From NCBI GenBank assembly GCA_964508365.1, contig CAZDTP010000028.1:1-46906 (forward strand): a stretch of DNA of 46,906 nt, in the 5' to 3' direction. A model generated the notes under the pieces. It saw only the letters and a list, made by a program, of their open reading frames with translations. It did not search any database and was not told where the DNA came from. This document shows, piece after piece, positions 9,026-18,095 of the stretch (positions are counted from its first letter, which is position 1; each line of letters starts with the position of its first letter). This stretch comes from an uncultured archaeon (lineage in GTDB: Archaea > Asgardarchaeota > Lokiarchaeia > Sigyniarchaeales > SOKP01). Made by a program: the position numbers and the translations under genes.

Positions 9026-10429
9026 TTATAACATTTTAAAATAGTCGATGGCATTATTATAGCAAATATTTTCAATTAGATTTCCTAGAAAATCTATTTC
9101 ATTAGGAATTTCTCCATTTTCAACCTCAGATCCAATCAAGTTGCACAATATTCTACGAAAATATTCGTGCCGAGGATAGGATAAAAAGCTTCGGGAATCC
9201 GTAGTCATACCAATAAAACGACCCAACAATCCTAGATTAGATAATGTGTTAATTTGCTTAGTTATTCCATCAATTTGATCCAAAAACCACCAACTAGGTC
9301 CAAATTGCATTTTCCCAGGATAAGAACCATCTTGAAAACTGCCAATAATAGACGCTATTAATTCGTTGTCTCGAGGGTTTATATTATAAAAAATAGTTTT
9401 GGTAAGCTCTCCAGATTGATCAAGTCTGTCGAGAAATTTAACCAATTTATTTCCAAAAGTATTGTCACCAATAGAATCGCATCCTATATCGGGTCCAAGT
9501 TTATTGAATAATCTTGTATTAGTGTTACGAAAGGGTCCAATATGAAATTGCTGGACCCAACCACGATTGTAATTCAATCTAGCGCATTCGTATAAAAGAG
9601 CTGATTTGAATTTTGATACTTCTCCTTGAGTTAATTCATTTCCTGAGAGAATATTAACTGTTATTTTTTCAATTTCATCATTAGTATAAGCTTCAGTCCA
9701 AAAAGACAAGATTCCATGATCAGCAATTCGACATCCCATATTATGAAAAAGTTTATGGCGAACATTTAATGCTTCAAGTAAACTCGTAAAGTCTTTTATT
9801 TCGATCCCCGAGATTTCGCTTAATTTAATAATATATTTAATATATGAAGTAGTATTTTCTACTGCCATTGCTTTGTCTGGTCGAAATGTAGGCAGTACTT
9901 TAACTTTATAGCCATCTTCCTTGATTTTTTTGTGATATTCTAAAGAATCAATAGGATCGTCTGTTGTACAAATAAGTTTTACATTCATTTTAAGAAGCAA
10001 ATTCCTAACAGAATAATCTGGTTCTTGGAGCAGAATAGAACATTGATTATAAATTTCATTGCAATTTTTTGAGCTTAATATAGTATCTATATTAAAATAC
10101 CTCTGAAGTTCTAAATGGGTCCAATGATAAAGTGGATTGCGAATTGCCATTGGAACCGTTTCTGCCCATTTTACAAATTTTTCAAAATCAGTAGCATTAC
10201 CAGTGCAGAATTTCTCAGCTATCCCGTTGCTACGCATTAATCTCCATTTATAGTGATCTCCAGCTAGCCAAGCTTGTCCTATATTATCATAACAAATATC
10301 CTCAGCTAATTCTCTCACTGGTAGGTGACAATGATAATCAAAAATTGGCATCTTTTCGGCGAATTCATGATATAAATTCCTTGCTGTTTCCGTTTGTAAA
10401 AGAAAATTCTCATCTAAAAATTTTTTCAT
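9026..10429 (-). CDS. uxaC: Uronate (glucuronate) isomerase
   Basis: DYHCHL, GDHYKWRLMR, GNPLYHWTHLEL-like segment, TTDDP, QFGPSWWFLD and GMTTDSRSFLSYPRHEYFRR. Confidence 0.96.
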   Translation of the reverse strand: MKKFLDENFLLQTETARNLYHEFAEKMPIFDYHCHLPVRELAEDICYDNIGQAWLAGDHYKWRLMRSNGIAEKFCTGNATDFEKFVKWAETVPMAIRNPLYHWTHLELQRYFNIDTILSSKNCNEIYNQCSILLQEPDYSVRNLLLKMNVKLICTTDDPIDSLEYHKKIKEDGYKVKVLPTFRPDKAMAVENTTSYIKYIIKLSEISGIEIKDFTSLLEALNVRHKLFHNMGCRIADHGILSFWTEAYTNDEIEKITVNILSGNELTQGEVSKFKSALLYECARLNYNRGWVQQFHIGPFRNTNTRLFNKLGPDIGCDSIGDNTFGNKLVKFLDRLDQSGELTKTIFYNINPRDNELIASIIGSFQDGSYPGKMQFGPSWWFLDQIDGITKQINTLSNLGLLGRFIGMTTDSRSFLSYPRHEYFRRILCNLIGSEVENGEIPNEIDFLGNLIENICYNNAIDYFKML

Positions 10430-10450
10430 CTATTTTATTCACCATTTATG

Positions 10451-11503
10451 CTAATTTTTCTGAAGAGTTTTGCTTATTCCTTCCCAAAGACCTTCAAGAT
10501 ACGTAACACCTAAAGCTCGATCATATAATCCATATCCCGGTCTTCCTGTTTCCCCCCATATCATCCTTCCATGGTCAGGGCGTATAACTCCATCAAATCC
10601 AATATCTATTAATGCTTTTACCACTTCATACATGTTCACGTCCCCAAATTCTGTAGGATGCTCACTTTCATAAAACTTTTTCCCTTCAATATGTTTAACA
10701 TTTCGAAAATGTATGAATGGAATACGATCTAACGCACCAAATTTTCGAATAGCTTTTACAAGATCCATTTTTAAATTTGCACCAAAAGATCCTGTACAAA
10801 AAGTAATACCATTTGAGGGACTATCTATAATTCTAACCAAACGATCTAAAGCAACCTCATCAGTAATTATCCGAGGAAGACCAAAAATTGACCATGGAGG
10901 ATCATCTGGATGAATAGCCATTTTTACTCCATATTCTTCAGCAACAGGGATTACTTTTTTCAAGAAATATTCTAAATTTAACCAAAGTGTTTCATTATCA
11001 ACTTTGGAATAAGCTTTCAAGTAATTTTGCATTTCTTCTTTTGTATATTTGGTTGCCCAACCTGGAAGATCTAATGAAATTTTCTTAAAATCAATCTCTT
11101 TAAGTTTAGAATCATCATAACTCAAGCTATTAGATCCGTTGGGATATTTCATTGCTAAATCAGTACGCACCCAGTCAAAAACGGGCATAAAATTATAGCA
11201 TAAAATTTGAATTCCTACAGAACCCATATTTCGGATGCTTTGGCAATAATTATCGATTAGAATATCTCGATTTGAATTACCAAGCTTAATATCTTCATGA
11301 ACAGGGATACTCTCAATCACCGAAAATTTTAATCCTTCTGCTTCGATCTTTTTTTTAATGTATTTTATTTTATCTATTGCCCAAATCTCTCCTACAGCAA
11401 CATCATATAATGCTGAAACAATACCGGTGACTTTAGGAATCTGTTTTATGTATTTGAGAGGGATGTGATCTTTATCTCCATACCATCGAAATGCTATTTC
11501 CAT
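10451..11503 (-). CDS. uxuA: Mannonate dehydratase
   Basis: FRWYG, ESIPVHEDIKLG, CYNFMPVFDW.RT, IHPDDPPW, CTGSFG and RPDHGRMIWGE..RPGYGLYDRALG. Confidence 0.96.
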   Translation of the reverse strand: MEIAFRWYGDKDHIPLKYIKQIPKVTGIVSALYDVAVGEIWAIDKIKYIKKKIEAEGLKFSVIESIPVHEDIKLGNSNRDILIDNYCQSIRNMGSVGIQILCYNFMPVFDWVRTDLAMKYPNGSNSLSYDDSKLKEIDFKKISLDLPGWATKYTKEEMQNYLKAYSKVDNETLWLNLEYFLKKVIPVAEEYGVKMAIHPDDPPWSIFGLPRIITDEVALDRLVRIIDSPSNGITFCTGSFGANLKMDLVKAIRKFGALDRIPFIHFRNVKHIEGKKFYESEHPTEFGDVNMYEVVKALIDIGFDGVIRPDHGRMIWGETGRPGYGLYDRALGVTYLEGLWEGISKTLQKN

Positions 11504-11536
11504 TATTACAATACCTTATTATTTAGATCTTAAATT

Positions 11537-12394
11537 TTAAACTCCAGAATACGCAGAAAATCCCCCATCAACAGGAACAATAATACCATTAACGAAACCA
11601 GAAGCTTTTTCATCAATAAGCCAAAGAAGTGTTCCAATCAGTTCTTCTGGTTTCCCAAATCTTCCTATAGGAGTTTGGTTTAATATCTTATTTGCTCGTT
11701 CTGTAAAGGAACCATCTTCATTAGTCAAGAGAGAACGATTTTGTTCTGTTAAAAAAAAACCTGGTGCAATCGCATTCACACGAATGCCCACTTTGGAAAA
11801 ATAAACTGCAAGCCACTGAGTAAAATTACTAACAGCTGCCTTTGCTCCACTATAGGCAGGTATCTTTGTCAATGGTGTAAAGGCGTTCATTGATGAAATA
11901 TTAATAATTATAGCACCTTTTTGATTTACCATTTGTTTCGCAAAAACTTGAACGGGTAAGAACGTACCAATAAAATTTAAATTAAATACGAATTCGATGC
12001 TTTCTTGATTTAAATCAAAAAAAGTTACGAGTCCTTCCCTTTCACTGTCCAAGTCATCTAGAGTTAAGAATTCGTTTGAGGTTGTTCCTTTTGGATGGTT
12101 CCCTCCAACTCCATTAATGAGGATATTACAAGGACCAAATTCTTTTCCAATTACCTCTTCAGCTTTTCGTAAACTCTTAAGATTTAAAACATTTACTTCA
12201 ATTCCAATGGCAATTCCTCCATTTTCATTAATCTTACTTGCCACTTTATCCGCAGCTTCTTTTCGTATGTCAAGTATTGCTACTTTTGCGCCACATTTTG
12301 CAAGAGCCTCAGAAAAGCATCCACATAATTCTCCTCCACCACCAGTTATCACGGCAGTTCTATCTTTCAAATCAATCATAAATGGGAATTTCAT
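11537..12394 (-). CDS. uxuB: SDR-family D-mannonate oxidoreductase (fructuronate reductase)
   Basis: TGGGG, NGVGGNHPKGTT, ISSMNAFTPLTKIPAYSGAK (YxxxK), RVNAIAPGFF and VDGGFSAYSGV; adjacent to uxuA. Confidence 0.88.
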   Translation of the reverse strand: MKFPFMIDLKDRTAVITGGGGELCGCFSEALAKCGAKVAILDIRKEAADKVASKINENGGIAIGIEVNVLNLKSLRKAEEVIGKEFGPCNILINGVGGNHPKGTTSNEFLTLDDLDSEREGLVTFFDLNQESIEFVFNLNFIGTFLPVQVFAKQMVNQKGAIIINISSMNAFTPLTKIPAYSGAKAAVSNFTQWLAVYFSKVGIRVNAIAPGFFLTEQNRSLLTNEDGSFTERANKILNQTPIGRFGKPEELIGTLLWLIDEKASGFVNGIIVPVDGGFSAYSGV

Positions 12395-12440
12395 TACTAT
12401 TTCCTAAACTATATCTATCATTATATCAGTAGAATTAACT

Positions 12441-13619
12441 TTAATCGATTATAACAGAAATTTTGCAATTTTCTTTATCTTTTTGTAATAACTTTAGATT
12501 TTCTGGGACTTCTTTCATTGTTATTTCTTTTGTAATCAAAGGAGTAACATCCATACCAGCAGCCATACTGCTGATAACATTAGGAAAAGTACCATGACCT
12601 GAATGTCCTTGAGCTCCAACTATTCGAGCTCTTCTTACTTGAAAATATTCACCACACACTGGCATTCTCTGTTCTGCTCTAGCAACAATCACCACAGTAC
12701 TGTTTATTGTTTTACATTCCCAAATAGCATTTTGTATATCTTCCGTTACTATTTCAGGTAAACCTGTGGCTTCAAGATATAGTACAGCTCCTTCATTGTC
12801 TGTGTATTCTTTAACTTTTTCTACGAAATTTTCCTTTAGAGGATTAATCACATAATCAGCGCCCATTTTCTTAGCTAATACTGCTCGAGATTCTTCGGGT
12901 TCTGAAATAATACATGTCGCAGATCCCGCAGTTTTTAAAATCTTTACTGCTGCCAATCCGATTGGTCCTGCACCTAAAATCACCACATTTTCACCGGGTC
13001 GAATTCCACCACCTCTTTCTATTACGGCATTATAGGCTACTGATGTAGGTTCCACCAAACTGCCTATTTTGTAAATGTCCTTATATTTTTCTTCTAATTT
13101 TTTCAAGCTCCAACATAATTTTGCAGGAACAGCGATATATTCTGCAAATGCTCCATTTATGGAAAAACCAATTTCTTCTAATCGTTCACAGTGATTTGGA
13201 TATCCATCGCAACATGGTTTACATTCACCACACCAGACCATTTCTTCTGCAGTTACAGGTTCTCCTTTCTCGAAAAGTTTGCTTGTTCTTTTATTTATTG
13301 CCCTGCTGCCTACTTCCACAACCTCTCCAGAAAATTCATGACCAAGAGTAGCTGGAAATGCCGTTAATCCAGGATAATAGATATATCCATCATCATAACT
13401 TTGGTTCATATGTACATCAGAACCACAAATTCCACATCTCTTCACTTTGATTAATACTTCGTTTGGTTTTATTTGAGGTTTTTCTTTTTCTATTACTTTA
13501 ACAATAGGATGTCGCCATACCTGAGAACCTAAATAGGTTAATTTACCATCAATATCTTTAGATCCAAGTTTAAAATTAGGTTTTGGATCCCAATTCGCAG
13601 ATAATTCTACTACTTTCAT
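12441..13619 (-). CDS. iolM: scyllo-inosose 3-dehydrogenase (Zn-dependent MDR family)
   Basis: WDPKPNFKLGSKDIDGKLTYLGSQVWR N-terminus, CGICGSDVH, LGHEFSG, CGECKPCCDGYPNHC and GAQGHSGHGTFP match Thermotoga IolM (TM0412) as I recall it. Confidence 0.9.
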   Translation of the reverse strand: MKVVELSANWDPKPNFKLGSKDIDGKLTYLGSQVWRHPIVKVIEKEKPQIKPNEVLIKVKRCGICGSDVHMNQSYDDGYIYYPGLTAFPATLGHEFSGEVVEVGSRAINKRTSKLFEKGEPVTAEEMVWCGECKPCCDGYPNHCERLEEIGFSINGAFAEYIAVPAKLCWSLKKLEEKYKDIYKIGSLVEPTSVAYNAVIERGGGIRPGENVVILGAGPIGLAAVKILKTAGSATCIISEPEESRAVLAKKMGADYVINPLKENFVEKVKEYTDNEGAVLYLEATGLPEIVTEDIQNAIWECKTINSTVVIVARAEQRMPVCGEYFQVRRARIVGAQGHSGHGTFPNVISSMAAGMDVTPLITKEITMKEVPENLKLLQKDKENCKISVIID

Positions 13620-13803
13620 TTTTTTTATAATCTCATTATTCTGTTTTTGATTAAATTAATCACGAGATCATAATAAGGTTATTGAACTTAAGGAAGATCA
13701 AATTATTAACCAAAAAAAAACTAAGAAATTTAATTATCTACTAATATTTTTAATAGTTAATATCTACTAAATTCTTTAATTATACTAAATAAATGTTCAA
13801 AAT

Positions 13804-14616
13804 ATGTTGCTCAGTATAGTTTCAGGGTTAAATGAATCCAAGAGTAATCTAAAAGAGGTAATTAAGAAATTTTCTTCTTTGTGTCAATTACTGAAATCCT
13901 TTAATTACAATGGGATTGAGTTAAGCCTTCTAGAACCAGAAAAAATTGATGTTAAGAAAATTGTAGAGATAAAAGATTCATATGGAATGGAGATTCCTGC
14001 TTTAGGTACTGGAAGTACTTTTATTCGTTTTGGATACTCTTTTGGGGATACCCAAAATTCTATTCGCAAAAAGGCGATTGAAAGGATGGAGAAATATATT
14101 GAATTTGCTCGAGAAACCCAATCTAAGGTCATTATAGGATTAATTAGAGGGCGTTATAAACATGATAGCAGTCCTCAAAATGAACAACTAAATATTATCT
14201 CTTCTCTTAAAGAATGTTGCTCGTTAGCAGAAAATAATAACGTACAACTATTATTTGAACCAATTAATCGTTTTGAAATTGACTCCTACAATACAATTTC
14301 GGAAACAGTAGATTTAATTGAAGAAATAGGTTCGAATAACTTGAAGTTATTAGTTGACTCTTTTCATACATACCTAGAAGAAGATCCTGCATATATATGG
14401 GAATATCTTAAAGATATTGCTCATTATGTAGGACATATTCATCTAGCAGACACTACACGCAGAGCACCAGGTTCAGGACATTTTGATTTCAAAACTTTTT
14501 TAAATATTTTTAAAAATTTAGGATATACCGAATTTGTTTCAGTTGAAACAATTATGAAACCTTCTTTTGAAATAATAGCTAAAAACTCAGCTGAATATCT
14601 GAGAACAATTTTATAA
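13804..14616 (+). CDS. iolO: 5-keto-L-gluconate epimerase-like sugar epimerase (AP-endonuclease-2 TIM barrel)
   Basis: IPALGTG, RKKAIERM, VIIGLIRG, FEPINRFE, DSFH, HIHLAD..RRAPGSGHFDF and VSVE (metal ligands E, D, H, E); divergent from iolM. Confidence 0.78.
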   Translation: MLLSIVSGLNESKSNLKEVIKKFSSLCQLLKSFNYNGIELSLLEPEKIDVKKIVEIKDSYGMEIPALGTGSTFIRFGYSFGDTQNSIRKKAIERMEKYIEFARETQSKVIIGLIRGRYKHDSSPQNEQLNIISSLKECCSLAENNNVQLLFEPINRFEIDSYNTISETVDLIEEIGSNNLKLLVDSFHTYLEEDPAYIWEYLKDIAHYVGHIHLADTTRRAPGSGHFDFKTFLNIFKNLGYTEFVSVETIMKPSFEIIAKNSAEYLRTIL

Positions 14617-14643
14617 TTTCTCTCAAGAAAAAGAAAAGGAAAA

Positions 14644-15480
14644 TCAAATATGTTTATCTAACCAATTACTAAGATCATTGAGAACTTTCTCTCTTTCTTC
14701 CTTTATTTCATTATAAACTTCATGATATAATCCTTCATAAATAAGAATAGTTTTATCTTCCATATTGAAAGCTTTTCGGAGTAATTCTTCAGATCCTTTA
14801 ATAAGAGAATCTTCAGCACCACACTGAACCAATAAGGGTAATTTTAGGGTGCTTGTAATTGAGTTATATTTTTCAAAGTTGTTCATTAATTCCCATCCCA
14901 ATCGTATTGTAATTTTATCAGCATTAACTAAAGGATCGTTTTCATATGCATGTATAACCTCAGAATCATGGCTTAACTTATCAGCCTTAAGTCCCGGATT
15001 TATATATTTTTTTGGTGTAATTTTTGCTAATAGTTTTACTATCAGTTTTAGGGTTTTACTTGTACTCTTTCCCGCTCCTGTACCAGTACCTGATAAAATC
15101 AATCCTCTTAACAAGGTTTCATAATTTTTTGTAAAAACTAAAGCAATCATAGAACCCATAGAATGTCCTAACATAAAAATTGGTAAATTATGATGATTAT
15201 TCTTTATTAAATCATATAATATTTTTTCGTCCTCAATATACTGATCGAAATTATCAACATAATTTCTTTTTCCATCAGACTTTCCATGACCACGGTGATC
15301 ATTTGCATATATCACATACCCTAAGGGTGTTAATTGATTTACAACATTCAAATATCTTCCTGAGTGTTCAGCAAATCCATGTACAATCTGAATCACTGCT
15401 TTAGGTTTTTCAGGTATCCATACCTGATAAAAAATCTTTAAATCCTCTACCCCGCTATACTCTCCTTCGATATGTTCCAT
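14644..15480 (-). CDS. Alpha/beta hydrolase, lysophospholipase/monoacylglycerol lipase family
   Basis: VHGFAEHSGRY, DHRGHGKS, nucleophile motif GHSMG, and YHEVYNE. Confidence 0.9.
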   Translation of the reverse strand: MEHIEGEYSGVEDLKIFYQVWIPEKPKAVIQIVHGFAEHSGRYLNVVNQLTPLGYVIYANDHRGHGKSDGKRNYVDNFDQYIEDEKILYDLIKNNHHNLPIFMLGHSMGSMIALVFTKNYETLLRGLILSGTGTGAGKSTSKTLKLIVKLLAKITPKKYINPGLKADKLSHDSEVIHAYENDPLVNADKITIRLGWELMNNFEKYNSITSTLKLPLLVQCGAEDSLIKGSEELLRKAFNMEDKTILIYEGLYHEVYNEIKEEREKVLNDLSNWLDKHI

Positions 15481-15494
15481 TTTTTCATCACAAT

Positions 15495-15594
15495 TTAAAT
15501 CAGATTACAATCTTGAACATAAGTAGAAATTGCATGTTCTAATGTCAATAGTAACCATTTTTGCTCTGTTAAAAATATTGTTGACGAACCCCAT
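15495..15594 (-). pseudogene. Frameshifted, truncated 5' remnant of a CoA-transferase alpha gene
   Basis: One frame reads LLTLEHAISTYVQDCNLI* versus LMTLDDAISTYVQDGDLV in 3124..3999; ATG at 15594 is in another frame. Confidence 0.7.
15501..15551 (+). repeat. Dispersed direct repeat, copy 2 (copy 1 at 3919..3969)
   Basis: Exact 24-nt core at 15510..15533, same orientation as copy 1. Confidence 0.85.
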
Positions 15595-15698
15595 ATTAAT
15601 AGATTTATTATGATGGTTTTTAATTGATTAAGTATTACATCATAATATAGTAAGCTTAGAGGTAACATATTATTAGAAAAAGATTAAAACAAGGACTA

Positions 15699-16205
15699 GT
15701 GCAAGTTTATTTTGGTCGGGGCAAGGGTAAGACCACTGCAGCTATAGGACAAGGTATTCGGGCTATAGGGCATGGATTTAAGGTATATATGATTCAATTC
15801 ATGAAAGGATATCCTCAATATGGAGAAGTTAACGCTATAGAGAATACATCTAACTTCGAACTGAAACAGTTTGGCACGCCAGACTTAATAACAATTCCAG
15901 GAGATATTGATTTTGAAGAGGGAAGAAAAGGCATGGAGTTTGCAGAGAAAATAATTATGTCCGACGAATATGACATAGTAATTCTTGATGAGATAGGGGT
16001 AGCGGTTGAGTATGGGATTGTAAAAATCGACGAGGTGTTAAAATTAATTGATAATAAACCCTTTCATGTCGAATTAATCATAACCGGAGGTCCTAAGATG
16101 CATCCAAAAATCAAAGAACGAGCAGATTTGCTTACTGAGATGAGAATGATCAAACATTACTATTCCTCAAAAGGTATTAAAGCTCGCTTAGGTATAGAAC
16201 ATTAA
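15699..16205 (+). CDS. cobO: Cob(I)alamin adenosyltransferase (CobO/BtuR); true start may be ATT at 15669 or 15672
   Basis: QVYFGRGKGKTTAAIG, IQFMKG, ILDEI and LIITG...ADLLTEMR..KH motifs; in-frame upstream RKRLKQGL. Confidence 0.92.
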   Translation: MQVYFGRGKGKTTAAIGQGIRAIGHGFKVYMIQFMKGYPQYGEVNAIENTSNFELKQFGTPDLITIPGDIDFEEGRKGMEFAEKIIMSDEYDIVILDEIGVAVEYGIVKIDEVLKLIDNKPFHVELIITGGPKMHPKIKERADLLTEMRMIKHYYSSKGIKARLGIEH

Positions 16206-16214
16206 AAAAAATCA

Positions 16215-17387
16215 GTGCGTTTACAAATGCGTTTTAAGACAATCATTTATTCACTAATCTTAAAGTTCCATAAATTCAAACTTAAAGATGCCGTTATAGA
16301 TCATCACAGATATCTTGGCAAAAGCGAAAACTCGCTTAATATTTATGATAAGCCACCTAGAAATATGATCTTATCCCCTTTTAATCTAATTTTTGAACCG
16401 ATGGATCGATTGCTTCTGATTAATTTTGAAGAAGACCCTTTATATTATGGCATTGAGCTCCAAGTCTTACATAAAGCAGATGAATTCTACCCGCTAGTAA
16501 TCATGTATCGAAAAGATGACCTAATAGATCTCTATTATACGAATGAAACAGTCATTTTGGATAGAAAGAAAATGATTACGGATTTACTAAATAATACCTC
16601 CTTCAACCACCTAGAATCTATAGACTATAAATTCGATATTGACGAGATGGGCTTGAATGCTTATCTTTTCTTAAAAGATAAGTTGGAAAATAAAGTTGAA
16701 TTCAGAATTAAAGAGAATACTCTTGGTAGAGAATTAACTGCGATTTTAGCACCTATAAGTGCAGTTAGCAAGAACCCTCAATATTTTCCCATTGTTTACC
16801 TTAATAAATTTAGTATGGTTATCAAAAAAGCTACGGATATCTTTGTTAAAATTGATGAGGATTTAAAAAAACCAGCGGAATTGCCTGTAAAAATAGATAA
16901 TCAAAATTTTTATTTAGCTAGATATTCTTTGGATCCAATAAATTGTAATTGGAATAGATCTTATACTGGAAATTTAAATCCTATATTATTACACACAGAT
17001 AATAACGATATAATAAAAGAAAATTTAACGTATGAGATATTGAACAATAATGGATATTTCGAAATTAAAAAAGTAATAGGAGTAGATGAGCGAAAACATT
17101 CTATATCTTTTGAATTTTCTCCCGCTATTCCCAATTTATTATCTCTTAAATCTGGTATGGAGATGAAAGGAAAATTTTCTTTGATTATAGGCAAAAAAAA
17201 GGGGATATTTGCTGGAGTTTATCATATTAATAGAAAAAAAGAAAAAATTACTTTTATTATCCAACCTACTAAAGGTTGGCAACCATTTCCCGGAAAATTA
17301 TGGTTAAAAACATATAAATGGGTTGCGAATATCGAGGTCTTAGAAGATTTTGAATTTAAGATTCACTCACATTGGACTCGTGTGTAA
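16215..17387 (+). CDS. Hypothetical protein
   Basis: 390-codon ORF directly after cobO; no motif recognised. Confidence 0.7.
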   Translation: MRLQMRFKTIIYSLILKFHKFKLKDAVIDHHRYLGKSENSLNIYDKPPRNMILSPFNLIFEPMDRLLLINFEEDPLYYGIELQVLHKADEFYPLVIMYRKDDLIDLYYTNETVILDRKKMITDLLNNTSFNHLESIDYKFDIDEMGLNAYLFLKDKLENKVEFRIKENTLGRELTAILAPISAVSKNPQYFPIVYLNKFSMVIKKATDIFVKIDEDLKKPAELPVKIDNQNFYLARYSLDPINCNWNRSYTGNLNPILLHTDNNDIIKENLTYEILNNNGYFEIKKVIGVDERKHSISFEFSPAIPNLLSLKSGMEMKGKFSLIIGKKKGIFAGVYHINRKKEKITFIIQPTKGWQPFPGKLWLKTYKWVANIEVLEDFEFKIHSHWTRV

Positions 17388-17456
17388 TTATTGATTTCGA
17401 TATTCTTTCAAAAAATAAAAAAAAAAGGTTTTCTATAAAGGTAAATATACTTAAAT

Positions 17457-17891
17457 CTAATTTAAAATTAAAACAACAGCTTCACCATCGGTGACCAGTT
17501 CTTCGTTTTGATTGTAGACTTTCGTGTCGCACCTTATAAATTTTAATTTTCCGTCTTTTTTGGTAAATTTCTCTTTTACTGTCGCAACTGCAGTTAGTGC
17601 GTCTCTAAAAAATACGGGTTTAATAAATCTCACTGTTTGTTCACCGTAAAGTATTCCAGGCCCAAATAAATGCACCCCTAACGATGCGGAAATTAAACCC
17701 ACACTGATAACTCCATGAGCAACTTGTTTTCCAAACATTTGGGTTTTAGCGTATTCTGGATTCACATGAATTGGGTTATAATCTCCAGAAACTTCAGCAA
17801 ATTTCATTACATCTTCCTCTGTAATAGTTTTTGTGAATTTTGCAGAGTCTCCAACCTTATAATCATCAAATTTTACGGGTTCTAAGGACAT
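17457..17891 (-). CDS. MaoC-family (R)-specific enoyl-CoA hydratase
   Basis: FAEVSGDYNPIH hydratase-2 motif, VAHG, and PGILYGEQTVRFIKPVF. Confidence 0.9.
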   Translation of the reverse strand: MSLEPVKFDDYKVGDSAKFTKTITEEDVMKFAEVSGDYNPIHVNPEYAKTQMFGKQVAHGVISVGLISASLGVHLFGPGILYGEQTVRFIKPVFFRDALTAVATVKEKFTKKDGKLKFIRCDTKVYNQNEELVTDGEAVVLILN

Positions 17892-18095
17892 AAATTCAAA
17901 TAATGAATAGACAGATAAAAATTTTGATGCTTAAAATACTGTTATCGAATAAAAGTTAATATCGATCCATTTTGGGTATTTTAGAGCATTTTAATTTATC
18001 ACAAATATGTAAAAGAAACAGCTAAAACATAAACCAAAACATTCTTGAGATACAAAATATTAAAGAAATTTAGTTACAGGGATAAATGATTATCT

